Origin: Saprolegnia diclina VS20 | Taxonomy: Eukaryota | Direction of reading: 5' to 3' | Assembly (NCBI RefSeq): GCF_000281045.1 | Contig: NW_008246068.1 | Coordinates: 108,564 to 139,405, forward strand | Length of the DNA stretch: 30,842 bases | In this document: in pieces, positions 1 through 10,807 of the stretch | How the letters are laid out: the number at the start of each line of letters is the position of its first letter | Position numbering within the stretch: the first letter of the stretch is position 1 | Notes under the pieces: generated by a model | What the model was told of the DNA's origin: nothing | The model's database searches: none | Seen by the model: only the letters and a program-made list of their open reading frames with translations | Program-made: the position numbers and the translations under genes

Positions 1-1
1 C

Positions 2-763
2 TGCGCGATCCTATCCGGCCAGCTCCACGTGCTCGAGCACCTCTACCGCGTCTGGCTCGAGAGCGACAGCAGCAACAACAACGCCGTGCCGCCGATCTCG
101 ACGTATGCGCTCAACGGCGCCGCCAAGCACGGCCATCTTGCGATCCTGCGCTACTTGCACGCGCTGGACGGCGTCGTCGGCTGGACGACCGACTGCATGA
201 ACAGCGCCGCGGCCTCGGGCCACCTCGACATCGTGCGCTTCTTGCACGAACATCGCAATGAAGGCTGCACCGTCTACGCGATGAACCAAGCCGCCGAGCA
301 TGGCCATCTGCACGTCGTGCGCTTCCTCCACGAGCATCGTACGGAAGGGTGCACGAGCTTTGCGATGGACCAAGCGGCCAAGAACGGCCATCTCGGCGTT
401 GTCCGCTTCCTCCACGAACACCGCAACGAAGGCTGCACGACGTACGCCATGACGAGCGCGGCCTTTTCGGGCCATTTAGAGATTGTTCGGTTCCTCCATG
501 AAGTGCGCCACGAGGGCTGTACAAAGGAAGCGATGGACGGCGCCGCGCTGTACGGGCACCTCGACGTCGTCCGCTTCTTGCACGAGTACCGCAACGAAGG
601 CTGCACGGCGCGCGCGATCAACTGGGCAGCCGCGCACGGCAGCCTCGACGTCGTCCGCTACTTGCATTTGCACCGGTCGGAAGGCTGCGTGCACCACGCA
701 AGCGCGCTCGCGGCGCAGTTTGGCCACGCGACGATCGTGAGCTGGTGCCGCACGCTGCGGTAG
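2..763 (+). CDS. Ankyrin-repeat protein with short 28-aa repeats; 5' end lies outside the window
   Basis: The frame is open from nt 2 to TAG at 761-763. There are about 8 repeats of consensus CTxxAMxxAAxxGHLxVVRFLHExRxEG, typical of the expanded oomycete ankyrin family. Confidence 0.9.
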   Translation, partial: CAILSGQLHVLEHLYRVWLESDSSNNNAVPPISTYALNGAAKHGHLAILRYLHALDGVVGWTTDCMNSAAASGHLDIVRFLHEHRNEGCTVYAMNQAAEHGHLHVVRFLHEHRTEGCTSFAMDQAAKNGHLGVVRFLHEHRNEGCTTYAMTSAAFSGHLEIVRFLHEVRHEGCTKEAMDGAALYGHLDVVRFLHEYRNEGCTARAINWAAAHGSLDVVRYLHLHRSEGCVHHASALAAQFGHATIVSWCRTLR

Positions 764-1255
764 ACCCTTCTTCTCTTATTTCTCGATATGGTTTGCATGA
801 CTAAAGTGTACACCAACTAACGTACACAAATATATATTCCCAATGCCTTGCACGTGAATTCGCACACATGAGACAGAGAACCCGACGCTGCGGCTGCCAC
901 GTCATAAGGTATCAAGTTTGACAATGTATGTATTTTGAGAGGACAAAAGATCGCCACGCGCGACCAGGTTGAAGAAGGTCCATCATGCGTTCTGAGAGAA
1001 TCACCAGTGCCACAATCGGCTGCGACGAGGCCACGGTCGCACTGGCTTGACGACGTACTATCTAAGGCAATCGGTGGCCCTTCAACTCTTTTCTTATTGC
1101 GCTGAGCGGCGGTGCTGATGGGGTTGACGAGGCTGTCAGTTCACACATGTGATTCTCGTCGGCAGGTTCGTAGCTCGAGTAGCGACGAGTCACCGGTTTT
1201 GTGTCGACGACAACCGAGCGAATCAACTACTAGTATTGGTTACAGTGGTGAACTA

Positions 1256-3544
1256 CTACAGTGTGACTAGACGATCGAGGACTTGGCTAGCTGTTGGCCG
1301 ACCTGCGGAGTCCACCAACGTGCACTCATTGACGAGATCTGCGTACCCTGGCGGATATGAGCTGCAGGTTTCGCCACGAAGATGCCATAGGGTCGCCCAG
1401 AGCTTACCAAGCGAGTAGACATTGGACGCGAACGTTGTTGGTGCCCCGGCGGCCACTTCGGGCGCCATGTACAGTGCAGCGCCCGTGGTGTCGACGCCGC
1501 AGCTTTTCACCTTGACGCGTCCGTTGCCGTCGACGGCGATGGCATTTGGGACCAAATGTGCCACGACCGCCTTCCGTGCATGCAGTGCCGCCAGCGCTTC
1601 AGTTATCGCGCGCACCAGCGCCATGACGTGGCAGCTCGTGCGTTGCAGAAACGGTCGCAGCCTCGTCGTCGCCTCGACAACGACCATCGGCGTCGGGAGC
1701 TCGAGAACGAGGCCGAGCAAGTGCACCGTGTGCTCCGAGTTGTGGCGGTAGGCGTCGAGGACAAGCTGTTGGGCGCTGTGTCCGCGCGGCGCGGGCTCAA
1801 GCACGACCGAGGCACCCAGGTACAAGTACGCGATCGGGTGTCCCACCGGGCTGCCAACGATCTGGAGGAGCTGCAACGGAATGATCGGCAACGGCGCCAC
1901 GGTCCACACCAGCGGCTGTAAGACACGTGCGGCGGCGCCGGCCGTCGGCCGCTCCCGAGGATCCCGCTGCATACACTGACGCGCAAGCGCAAGAAGGCCC
2001 GGTGGGCCGTCGGCGAACGGCTCGAGAAGGGTCGTGAGAAGGACGCCAAACGAGTACATGTCGGCGGCTGCCGTGTAGTCGTCGGTGTCGAACACCTCGG
2101 GGGCCATGTACTCGTAGGTACCGGTGCGAGTTGTCATGGTGCGTCCGGTGACCTTGCAGCCGACGCCAAAGTCGGCCACCTTGACATGCCCGTGTGCATC
2201 GAACAGGATGTTGGCCGGCTTGATGTCCCGGTGGATGATGTTGCGCTCGTGGAACGAGGCCAAAGCGCCGGCAATCTCCAGTGCGATCGTTATGACCTCG
2301 CCGAGAGTGAGGGTGCCTCCGTAGAGGCGCTCCTGCAAACTGCCGCCCGCCATAAACTCCATGACAATACATCGCGTGACGAGCTTTGGGTGGGACGGAA
2401 CCGGAAGGACCGACGTGCCGACGAGCTCGACCGTGTGTATTGACGTCCCAAGCTCGGCGAGGAGCCACACTTCATGCTCAAAGATCTCTTTTGTCGTGGC
2501 CGGCGAGAGGACTTTGACCGCCACGTCGCGGCCATCAAGAAGACTGCGGTAGACGGCGCCATTGGAGCCCGAACCAAGAAGGTGCGTCATCGGCCCTAGC
2601 TCGTGAGGTGCCAGGACGCGGACGGTCTGGAGCTTCTTAACCTTCTCAGTCGACTCACCTAGGCACGCCACTACGTAGTCGATCGACGGTCGCTTGGTCG
2701 CGTCCGAGTTCATGCACTTGGCAACGAGAAGCGAGAGCCATACGGGACATTGACGCGCCAGCAACGCTCGTCGATTGCCCAGCTGAACAAACCGGATGAG
2801 ATCGGCGGGGGCCTTGACCTCGAGCGACATGCCGCTCACGTACAGATGGGCCACGAGCGCCCCGAGTGCATAGACATCGGCGGCTACCGTCGCATGGGTA
2901 CTGCACTCGGGGTCCGAGTACGCAGTGCGCGGCCGGGCGCCAACGTCGATCAACTTGACCATAATACGATCGTCCGCCGCAGCTGCAACGAGGATGTTGG
3001 CGGGGTTCATGGCGCCATGAACGATGCCTCGGACGTGAAGTGACGCGACGGCTTCTGCGAGCGCCAGCGATAGCGATAGCCGGGCGCGTCGTGGTAGCGG
3101 CGACGTCTGATTCTGGTCCAGGACTTCTTGTAGACTAACGAACGCTAGTGCGTCGCGGGCTGGCGGCGGCGGCTTGAAGCCAAGAAACTCGCTCAATGAA
3201 AACGCGGCCGTCGGCGCAGATACCGCAAAGAGACGTCCTGGACAGCCGTGATTGATGCGCTCGGTGACGATGCCCCACTGACCGTCGGCGTTCTCGGTGA
3301 TGCCGTACACATGGAGCGTCTCGGGCGACGACCCTAGCCCCAGCCGGTGCATGGCAGTCGCTGCGGCATGGACGCCAACCGCATTGCTGGCGTCAGGTGT
3401 CAAGACCGACACCTTCTTGCCTCGCCAGAGAAAGGGCCGGAAGCGACCAACAGGGCTGGCAAAACCGACGTCGTCCGTATCGGCGCAGAGTTCGGGCGAG
3501 TGAATCACGTCTGGCAGCGGCGACGCGCAGCCAGTGGCAGCCAT
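1256..3544 (-). CDS. TKL-type kinase with three kinase-fold domains (pseudokinase-kinase-pseudokinase)
   Basis: Intronless ORF; first ATG at 3544 (MAATGC). The middle domain has GSGSNG, VAVK, HRDIKPAN, DFG, YMAPE and DMYSFG. Domain 1 has HGAMNPAN, DVG, DPE and DVYALG. Domain 3 has VAHLVPNA, SCG, YMAPE and NVYSLG. Confidence 0.88.
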   Translation of the reverse strand: MAATGCASPLPDVIHSPELCADTDDVGFASPVGRFRPFLWRGKKVSVLTPDASNAVGVHAAATAMHRLGLGSSPETLHVYGITENADGQWGIVTERINHGCPGRLFAVSAPTAAFSLSEFLGFKPPPPARDALAFVSLQEVLDQNQTSPLPRRARLSLSLALAEAVASLHVRGIVHGAMNPANILVAAAADDRIMVKLIDVGARPRTAYSDPECSTHATVAADVYALGALVAHLYVSGMSLEVKAPADLIRFVQLGNRRALLARQCPVWLSLLVAKCMNSDATKRPSIDYVVACLGESTEKVKKLQTVRVLAPHELGPMTHLLGSGSNGAVYRSLLDGRDVAVKVLSPATTKEIFEHEVWLLAELGTSIHTVELVGTSVLPVPSHPKLVTRCIVMEFMAGGSLQERLYGGTLTLGEVITIALEIAGALASFHERNIIHRDIKPANILFDAHGHVKVADFGVGCKVTGRTMTTRTGTYEYMAPEVFDTDDYTAAADMYSFGVLLTTLLEPFADGPPGLLALARQCMQRDPRERPTAGAAARVLQPLVWTVAPLPIIPLQLLQIVGSPVGHPIAYLYLGASVVLEPAPRGHSAQQLVLDAYRHNSEHTVHLLGLVLELPTPMVVVEATTRLRPFLQRTSCHVMALVRAITEALAALHARKAVVAHLVPNAIAVDGNGRVKVKSCGVDTTGAALYMAPEVAAGAPTTFASNVYSLGKLWATLWHLRGETCSSYPPGYADLVNECTLVDSAGRPTASQVLDRLVTL

Positions 3545-3743
3545 GCGGTCAAAGCTACAGTGAGGTCGGCAGCAGAGAATCGGTAGCGAGATACTTAATA
3601 TCAACTTGCCAACTTGATACTCCTCGTCGAGTCCTACGCTTGGGCGCCGCAAGGAGTCGCTCAGCCCTGTGCCATGCCTTCCACTAGAGATAGCCCAAAC
3701 AACCGTAGACGTAGATTCTGTCGCATCATCCTGTCTGCCCAGT

Positions 3744-4881
3744 TTAGTTGGCTTGCTGCACGTAGCGTTCAAAGACGGGGCGCGCCGCCTTGATGTTGAG
3801 CTGGGTAGTCGCCGCTTGGATCGAGCCGTCGCTCATGATGACCATGATGTACGTGTTGGTCGTGAAGAAGTCCATGTACGCCGTAAAGTTCGAGTTGCGC
3901 ACCTCCATGCCCTGGAACTGCGCCTGCGTCTTGGAGCAGCTGAGCTTGAACTGCTTGATGATGTTGGAGATCTTCTCGAAGCGGTGCATGTCCCGATGGG
4001 TGGTGTGCGTCGCGTTGGCAATCACGAGGAACGTCGCTCGCTCAAAGAGCACGACCTCGTCGGCGTTGCAGATGGAGCAAAACACATTTAGATGGTGCTC
4101 GAGGTCCTGCATGTTGGGGATGAGCGAGTAGACGATCGACGACCACGCGCGGTACAACGTCTCGTCCCAGATCGACGTGCCAAAACAGACGGTTGGGATT
4201 TGCTACAAGCAGCATGATGCAGGCGAAGAGGACGGAAGTACGACGTACGCCGGTCCGCGACAAGATCATGTCCTTGCGCTGCTCAAAGACGGCGTCGCGC
4301 TGAGCCTCGGGCACGAGGTCCATCTTGTGGATGAGCACAAACACCTTGGCCGACTCGGAGTTTTGCTCGATCGCTTCGAGGCAGCCGTCAAAGTGGTTCA
4401 TGTCTTTTTCGAGCTCGCGCGACTCGATGTCGAAGACGTAGATAAGCAGCTCGACGCTGCGGAAGATGTGGTCGCGCTGGCTCTCAAAGTAGTTTTCGTA
4501 GAACGCGTCTTGGCTAGAAGAGCGTGCATGAATAGAGGCAAGGCAACGCGCAGGCGTACCCGCCGCAGTCCCAGAGGTTGAGCACGAGGTTGCCGAGGAA
4601 GCGGACGTGCGAGTGCTCGACGTCGACTACGTAGGATGCGTGAGCGGCAAGGCGAGAAGCGAAAGCACCGACGGGTGGGGCCAAGGCGCATCGTGTCACG
4701 GGCTAGACACCATCATGCGCAGTCAGACATGGCAAGCGGGCAGGCAGACGCACCGAGGTAGTTGGCGAAGATGATCGAGCGCATCGAGGTCTTGCCCGAG
4801 CCGGACTTGCCCATCAAGAGGACCTACGGCAGGCGGGCCATGAGCTGGCGGCCAGCGCGACCGACGGACCTTCTTCTTCAT
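3744..4881 (-). CDS. RRAGA: RagA/B (Gtr1) small GTPase, 6 exons
   Basis: Splicing GT-AG introns at 4824-4869, 4703-4753, 4627-4672, 4514-4559 and 4203-4248 gives [64 protein letters not shown]...IHKMDL...[13 protein letters not shown]...[15 protein letters not shown], a canonical RagA/Gtr1 sequence. Confidence 0.97.
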
Positions 4882-5729
4882 GCTGCGGACGTCGGCGCTG
4901 CAAAACTCGCTTTGAACGGACTTAGGGAATCTTCCGGTTAATTGCGAATCCGGATAGGTATCCGGACCCCGGCCCGCTGGTCCGTGCACACGCCCGTAAT
5001 TCGCTAACTATGCACAATATTGTCATTAAAATGCGGTCGCATTCAGCAAAGGACCGTCGGCCCTTGCTGTGCCAAGCGCGAGCGAGCCAGCGTCCGCCAT
5101 GCAGCAGGTGTCGCCGACTCCAAGCCCAGCGATCACCACACCACTGAGGCGACTGGGACGGCTCGCCTGTTGTTACGAGTCGTACTGCCCAAGGAATAAG
5201 AGTCGAGGGCTCCTAGAACCCGAGCTGCATGCGCCATCTTGGGTGCAAAGGTAGTGCGTCCCTGCCAGGGATACATGCACCTTCCCTGTCCCTTGGGCTA
5301 CTAGTACAAGCAAGCGTCGTCGCTTGCTCGAGTGGCACCGAGCGCCTCGTTTCTGCACCCTGCACCCTGCCATCACCTCGTCCTTTACGCAGCCGACGGC
5401 CTGCCGTCGCTAGCGGTATCAGCAAGCCTCCTCCTAACGTTAGTGTCCTGTCAAGGCTTTGCGCAGATGGTCCTTGCCACTCAAATCACGATGCACCCGA
5501 GTACCCAAGCCGCATGCGCGCTAGCTCTAGACGCACCGTCAAGCTACTATACTGTGAAAGGTGTAGATACACACCGTAGAAGACAATCTGTGCAAAGTTC
5601 TGGTGCCAAGGTGCAGGTTGAGGTTGAAGCCGGACTTAACGGCTGGTTAAAAATACCGGCTGCGTATCCGGATGACCCCGCACCACACGCAAACCGGCAA
5701 CGACGACGACGACGCTCGCGACCAGAAGC

Positions 5730-7306
5730 ATGGCAGGCATGGCGGCGACGTCGTGGATCTTCCTCCTCTTCTGCGTCATCAACATGCTCAACTACGTCGA
5801 CCGCGGGATCATCCCGGGCGCGCCGACGCAGTTCCAGTACTTCATCGAGGCCACGCTGCACATCTCGGTGACGCAGGAGGGCTTCTACCTCGGGCTGCTC
5901 GCCTCGTCCTTCATTGCGAGCTACGCCGTCTTCATCGTGCTCTTCGGGTACCTCTCGATCTTCATGAAGCCCTTCCGCCTCATCGCGATCGGCCTCTTTG
6001 TGTGGTGCATCGCCATGGCCATGTGCGGCCTCGCCAAGACGTACCAGAGCTTCGCGCTCCTCCTCGCCGGGCGTATCCTCAGCGGCATTGGTGAGTCGTC
6101 CTTCCAGTGCATTGCGCCGCCGTTCATCGACGACCACGCGCCGCCCTCGACGCGGACGCTGTGGATGGGCGTCTTCTTCACGCTCACGTCGGTACGCGAT
6201 AGCCGCATAATCGCTCTCACTCAATCGCATACATGGCTAGGCGGGCACCGCGCTCGGGTACGCCTACGGCGCGGTCATGTCCAACTCGTCGTGGGGCTGG
6301 GGCTGGGCGTACTACCTCGAAGCGCTCGCGATGCTGCCGCTCGCTTACATTTGCCTCGTGGGCATTCCGCCGGCGTACGACCAGCCCGCGAACGCGACGG
6401 CCGAGCACCACCTCAAGCTCGACGAAGAGCAAGGCAAGACGCTACTGCAAAAGGAGGCCGAGTCGCCGCGGCTGTCGTTCTGGCAAGAATCGTACGAAGT
6501 CATGGTCCACCCGGTGTTCCTCCTGAGCGTACTCGGGTCGGCAGCCTTCACCTTTTCGATCTCGGGCCTCGGCGTCTTTGGCCCGCTCTTCCTCATCGGG
6601 CTCGGTGTGTTTGAGCACGAGACCGAAGCCTCGATGGTCTTTGGCGCCCTAGTCGGTACGTCCTTACTCTTTCTAAAGTGCAATCTCAGACAGGCGGTAT
6701 CCTTGTGGGTAGTGGTGAGCGCGGTCGTCGGCACGCCGCTCGGTGGGTACCTTCTCGACCTCTCGTCGCATCAAGTGCACGCGACCGTGCGCCAGTACTA
6801 TGCGCTGCGGCAGATGTTCCTCCTCATGGCCATCGGGACCGGCCTCGCGATCCTTGCGTGGTACGGACTCCCGTCCAAGATGTGGTTCCTCTCGCTCGTG
6901 GGCCTCGCCCTCATCTTTCTGTTTGCGACGCCGTCCTGTACCGCCATTGCCGTCCTCCTCTGCGTCGAGCCGTCGCGACGACCGCTGGCGGTCGCTGTCA
7001 ATACGCTCCTTATCCACGCGCTCGGCGATGTACCGTCGCCGATCATTCTCGGCTGGCTCAAGGACAAGTACGCGCCCAACTGCGGCAGCATCGAGGTCGA
7101 CGGCGCCATTGTGCTCAACCCGCGCTGCAGGTACCTCTCTCGCCGAGCGATAAGTTCTTAGCATTTGAATGCCTAGCGATGACGCGGAAGGGCTCTTGCT
7201 CACGTTTCTCTTTCCGCTGCTCTGGATGCTCTGGACGGTCCTTGCGTGGGGCATTGCGGTCGTCGTCGTTCGCTGCCGCCTCGTGCGCGAAGGCCACTCG
7301 TTTTAG
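5730..7306 (+). CDS. MFS transporter, Spinster family, 4 exons
   Basis: Motifs INMLNYVDRGIIPG, GRILSGIGESSFQCIAPPFIDD and HALGDVPSPIILG. Introns at 6192-6240, 6656-6712 and 7131-7176; stop TAG at 7304-7306. Confidence 0.92.
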
Positions 7307-7545
7307 CGAGGAACTAGACAAGTCAGCAATAGTAGTTCTATAAACTAAACTATCGTCGTGCGTGCTATCTCACGTGTGCCTTCTGCCGCGTTGCATCGCA
7401 GGAGACGGGCTTGGCCAGCTATCGCGGTCGCCTTTGTCGAAGGACGCGATCGCGGCGTCCCTCGTGCGGCCTGCACCAACCCTAACCCTACAAGGAACGA
7501 CAGTATTACATAGCAAATAATACATAGTTGGCGCCATTATACTAG

Positions 7546-8742
7546 CTACTGCATATTGTCGCTCAGGAGCTGGACAACGTCGGCGGCCGTCGGACGACGA
7601 GTCGGGTCTTGGGCCATGCACAGAAGCGATAGGTCCCGGAACCAGGCGGGGCACGACGGACTCAGCGTCGGTCGGAGCAAGCCGGCCGAGACCTGCGCGA
7701 CCTTCTTTGTCAGCGCACTGTGGTTGTCAGCATACGGCTCTTGGAGCGTCTCGAGCTGCGTGAAGAGGACGCCAAGGGCAAAGACGTCGGCAGGAAACGA
7801 CGGCGGCTGCCCCAAGAGCACTTCGGGCGCTAGGTAGGCCATCGTCGACGCGCCGCTCACCGTCACGTCGTCGTCGTCGCGGTCGTAGCCAAAGTCACTG
7901 AGCTTGACGACGCCCTTGGCATCAAAGAGGACGTTGGTCGGCACGAGGCTGCCGTGGACTTGGTCGTTCGCGTGCAAGAACGCCAGCCCTTTAGCGAGCG
8001 CCACCGCGACATACAGGACGTTGCGCAGGTCCTGGGCCGGCCACGCCTGCCGCGCTTTCTGTGCGAGGAACTGCCGCAGGTTGCCATTCAGCATGCACTC
8101 CATCACGAGCGTCGAGCCGGCGAGGCCGAGAAGCTCAACCGTGTGCTCGGACCCAAGGCGTGCCATGCGGTTGGCCGCCGCTTCGACCCTCGATGGGTGC
8201 AGCGTCAGGAACGTCTTGATCGCGACCATACGGTCGCCGTAAATCCCGCGGGCGACGGAGCTGAACGCGTTGCCACCGACAACACCGACGGGCGCCACCT
8301 CGGACGGCGGGATCTGGGGCAGTGTCACTGATGGCAGCACCAGGCGGCGGGACGTTGGCATCTGGTCGGTGAGGATCTCGACAATCTCGGCCGCCGTCGG
8401 GCGGTTGTTTGGGTCGGTGGCTACGCAGCTGGCCACGAGGCGCTTGTACCAAGCTGGTGCTGTCGGGCGCAGCGCGGGCCGGTACCCGTTGAGGACTCTG
8501 CCTTGTAGGACGAACGGACTGCACTTTTCGCCGGCGTACGGCGCTTTGAGCGTATCGAGCTCGGTGAGGAGGATGCCAAACGAGTAGATGTCGGCTTGCA
8601 CCGTGTAGTTGCCGCTGCTGATGACTTCGGGGGCCATCCACGGCGTCGTGCCGATGCCGTTGGTCATCGACTCGACGTCATATTGCCGCGAGATACCGAA
8701 GTCGCCGAGCTTGACCGACACCTTGTCGTCGCTCAGGAGCAC

Positions 8743-8774
<32 letters not shown>

Positions 8775-9822
8775 TTTGGTTGTGGAGGTACACCAAGCCT
8801 TTGGCGACGCTCAGCGCAATGAAGAGTAGCGAGGTGACGTCGTGGTCGGTGTCGTCAGTGGCGCCAAGCAGCTTGAGATGTTCGTGCAGGTTGCCGCCGC
8901 TCATGTACTCCATCACGATCTGCGGCTGGTCGTGCTCGTTGTGCGAGATGCCGAGGAGCTGCACCGTGTAGAACGAGCTGAGGCGGTACATGACGCCGAC
9001 TTCCTTTGCAAACGACTCGTGGTCGTCGCCGTTGACGTTGCCGCTCGTGACGTGGAACGTCTTGACAGCGACAGGACGCTTCTTGTAGATGCACAGCGCA
9101 ACCGAGCCGTACGCGCCGCGACCGAGCGCCGACCGCATCCGGAGATTAGCGGGGTCGATGCGAGGAATTGTCTCGGGCAGGCTTGCCGTGCGCTGGAGGA
9201 ACGACGCGCTGAGCGACGAGCTCGATGACAGCAGCGCCGTCTTCTTCTTGGCCGACCCGCTGCTGCCGCTGGACGACGCGGTCGAAACGACGCTGTCGCG
9301 CCGCCGCTCGGGTCGCCGCTCAAGGCTGGCCGTAGACCTGCGCTCGGAGCTTGCAGTCGCCCGGCGCTCATCGGAGGCCCGACGCTCGACGCTCGCGGTT
9401 GATCGGCGTTCGGCGCTGTCGATGGACCGCTGGCTAGAGCCGTCGCGACGGCGCCGCGCCACGACCTCGAGCACGATGTAGATGTAGCCCGTGATCTTGT
9501 CGTGGAGCGAGAGCTTGAACCACTGCTGGAAGCAGGACGGGCTCGTGGGCACGGGAACCTCGCACGTCCCGATCGCAGCGCCCGGCCCGTCGTGCGTATC
9601 GAGATCGTAGACGTCGACCTGGAGGTACGGGCAGGCGGCCACGTTGATTTTGGCGAAGCGGTGGCGGAACTTCCAGCGCGGCGCCTCCCGCCCAGCCGGG
9701 TCGACGTCGGTCTGGGCGCTGTCGTGGGCGTAGCGCACGAGCGCGTACGGGCGCTTGACGTTCCCAAAGAACTTGGAGCTCCGGAGGTCGTGCGCCTGCG
9801 GAACCTTGACGACGAGGTCCAT
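7546..9822 (-). CDS. C2 domain + TKL kinase + C-terminal pseudokinase
   Basis: First ATG at 9822 (MDLVVKV). N-terminal C2-like region (RPYALVRY...PRW...LQVDVYDLD...IGTCEVP...WFKL), then an S/R-rich linker. The kinase has GRGAYG, VAVK, HRDLKPAN, DFG and WMAPE. The second domain has VAIK, HGSLVPTN, DFG and YLAPE. Confidence 0.92.
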
Positions 9823-10456
9823 TTCTTGCAAATCGTCAAGTGCAAAGTCGGGAGCTTCGATTTGCAGCCGTTCATTCCCTTAAACAAGTACAGTCGGGGG
9901 CCACGACTCAACGGCTCTCTGGTACCTCGACGCGCGCGCCATGCACGCCATGGTGAACACTGATGCCAGTACGCTTACTAGTGCGCTAGGACAGCGTGCG
10001 CTGGTGTGACGGTCGCGATGCGCTTGAGAGCCACATGCCATAGGCAAACCATGCTCGAGCCAAATAATGCTTGGCAGCATTCCAACCTGTACTTGGATAA
10101 GCGAATGGGTGGTTGTCGTATCCGGACGCTTCAACCCCGTGCGGCCGCCATCCTTCGAGTATCACGTCCGTCGGCCAACTCTCTTCTCGAAAAGCCCTGG
10201 GGCAATGCGAGGCATCTCAGCTGGAGACATGGTCGAGTGATGGTGCTGACGTTGCGCGCTTCCGCTGGGTTCGGTTCTGGCCGGCCTTTCTTTTGTCGCA
10301 GAATCCAGTTGGTAGACTATGACGTCGTAACGAATGCGATAATTATATAATAGGCTGTACAATATTGTCATGCACTTGTAGTCGTGCAAAATAGCCTACG
10401 AGAGCATAGGAAGCTTAGGCGAGGTTTGCAAGTCGAGAAGGCGAAAGGCACCGCTG

Positions 10457-10539
10457 ATTGGATAAAAATGAGCCAATGCTTGCTTGCGATTGGCTGAATA
10501 TACCGGTCGGGGCCAGCACAGGATTGGCTTGAAGCCAAT
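10457..10539. promoter_or_regulatory. Cluster of five CCAAT/ATTGG boxes
   Basis: ATTGG at 10457, CCAAT at 10473, ATTGG at 10489, ATTGG at 10523 and CCAAT at 10535. CCAAT boxes are known oomycete promoter elements. Confidence 0.5.
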
Positions 10540-10807
10540 ATGACGTGGCAGCGCTGCGTAGCGAATGGACTGCGTTTCGATGCAGATGGCCGGCACACTG
10601 CTGTCAAGGGTCCCCACCACGACTAGAGGGACGTATCACAGTCATACAGTACCATATACTAAAGAGACACGCAGGACGACTTGAGCAATGGGGTCCCGTT
10701 GGTTGGTGCATCGAGCCTGTACCTTTCTTCTGCGTGCGCACGGCCTGTGCTGGGCATTTGCCATACAAAGGTAATGTGAGACGAAAAGGGTGTACTAGTA
10801 GTTGGGA

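Noticed and set aside
95..750. 84-nt periodic repeats as a possible CRISPR or non-coding array
   Set aside because: They are degenerate, in-frame coding ankyrin repeats with no spacers, in a eukaryotic context.
3545..3772. ORF-track extension of the kinase overlapping the RagA 3' end
   Set aside because: It depends on a TTG start. The first ATG is at 3544 and the extension has no domain-like content.
5000..5650. Short ORFs in intergenic stretches (also 800-1250, 9850-10400 and 22900-23500)
   Set aside because: No recognisable motifs or consistent splice structure. They may be old relics but I cannot support that by eye.
7478..7490. aaccctaacccta telomere-like words
   Set aside because: Only two units, too short to call an interstitial telomere or telo-box.
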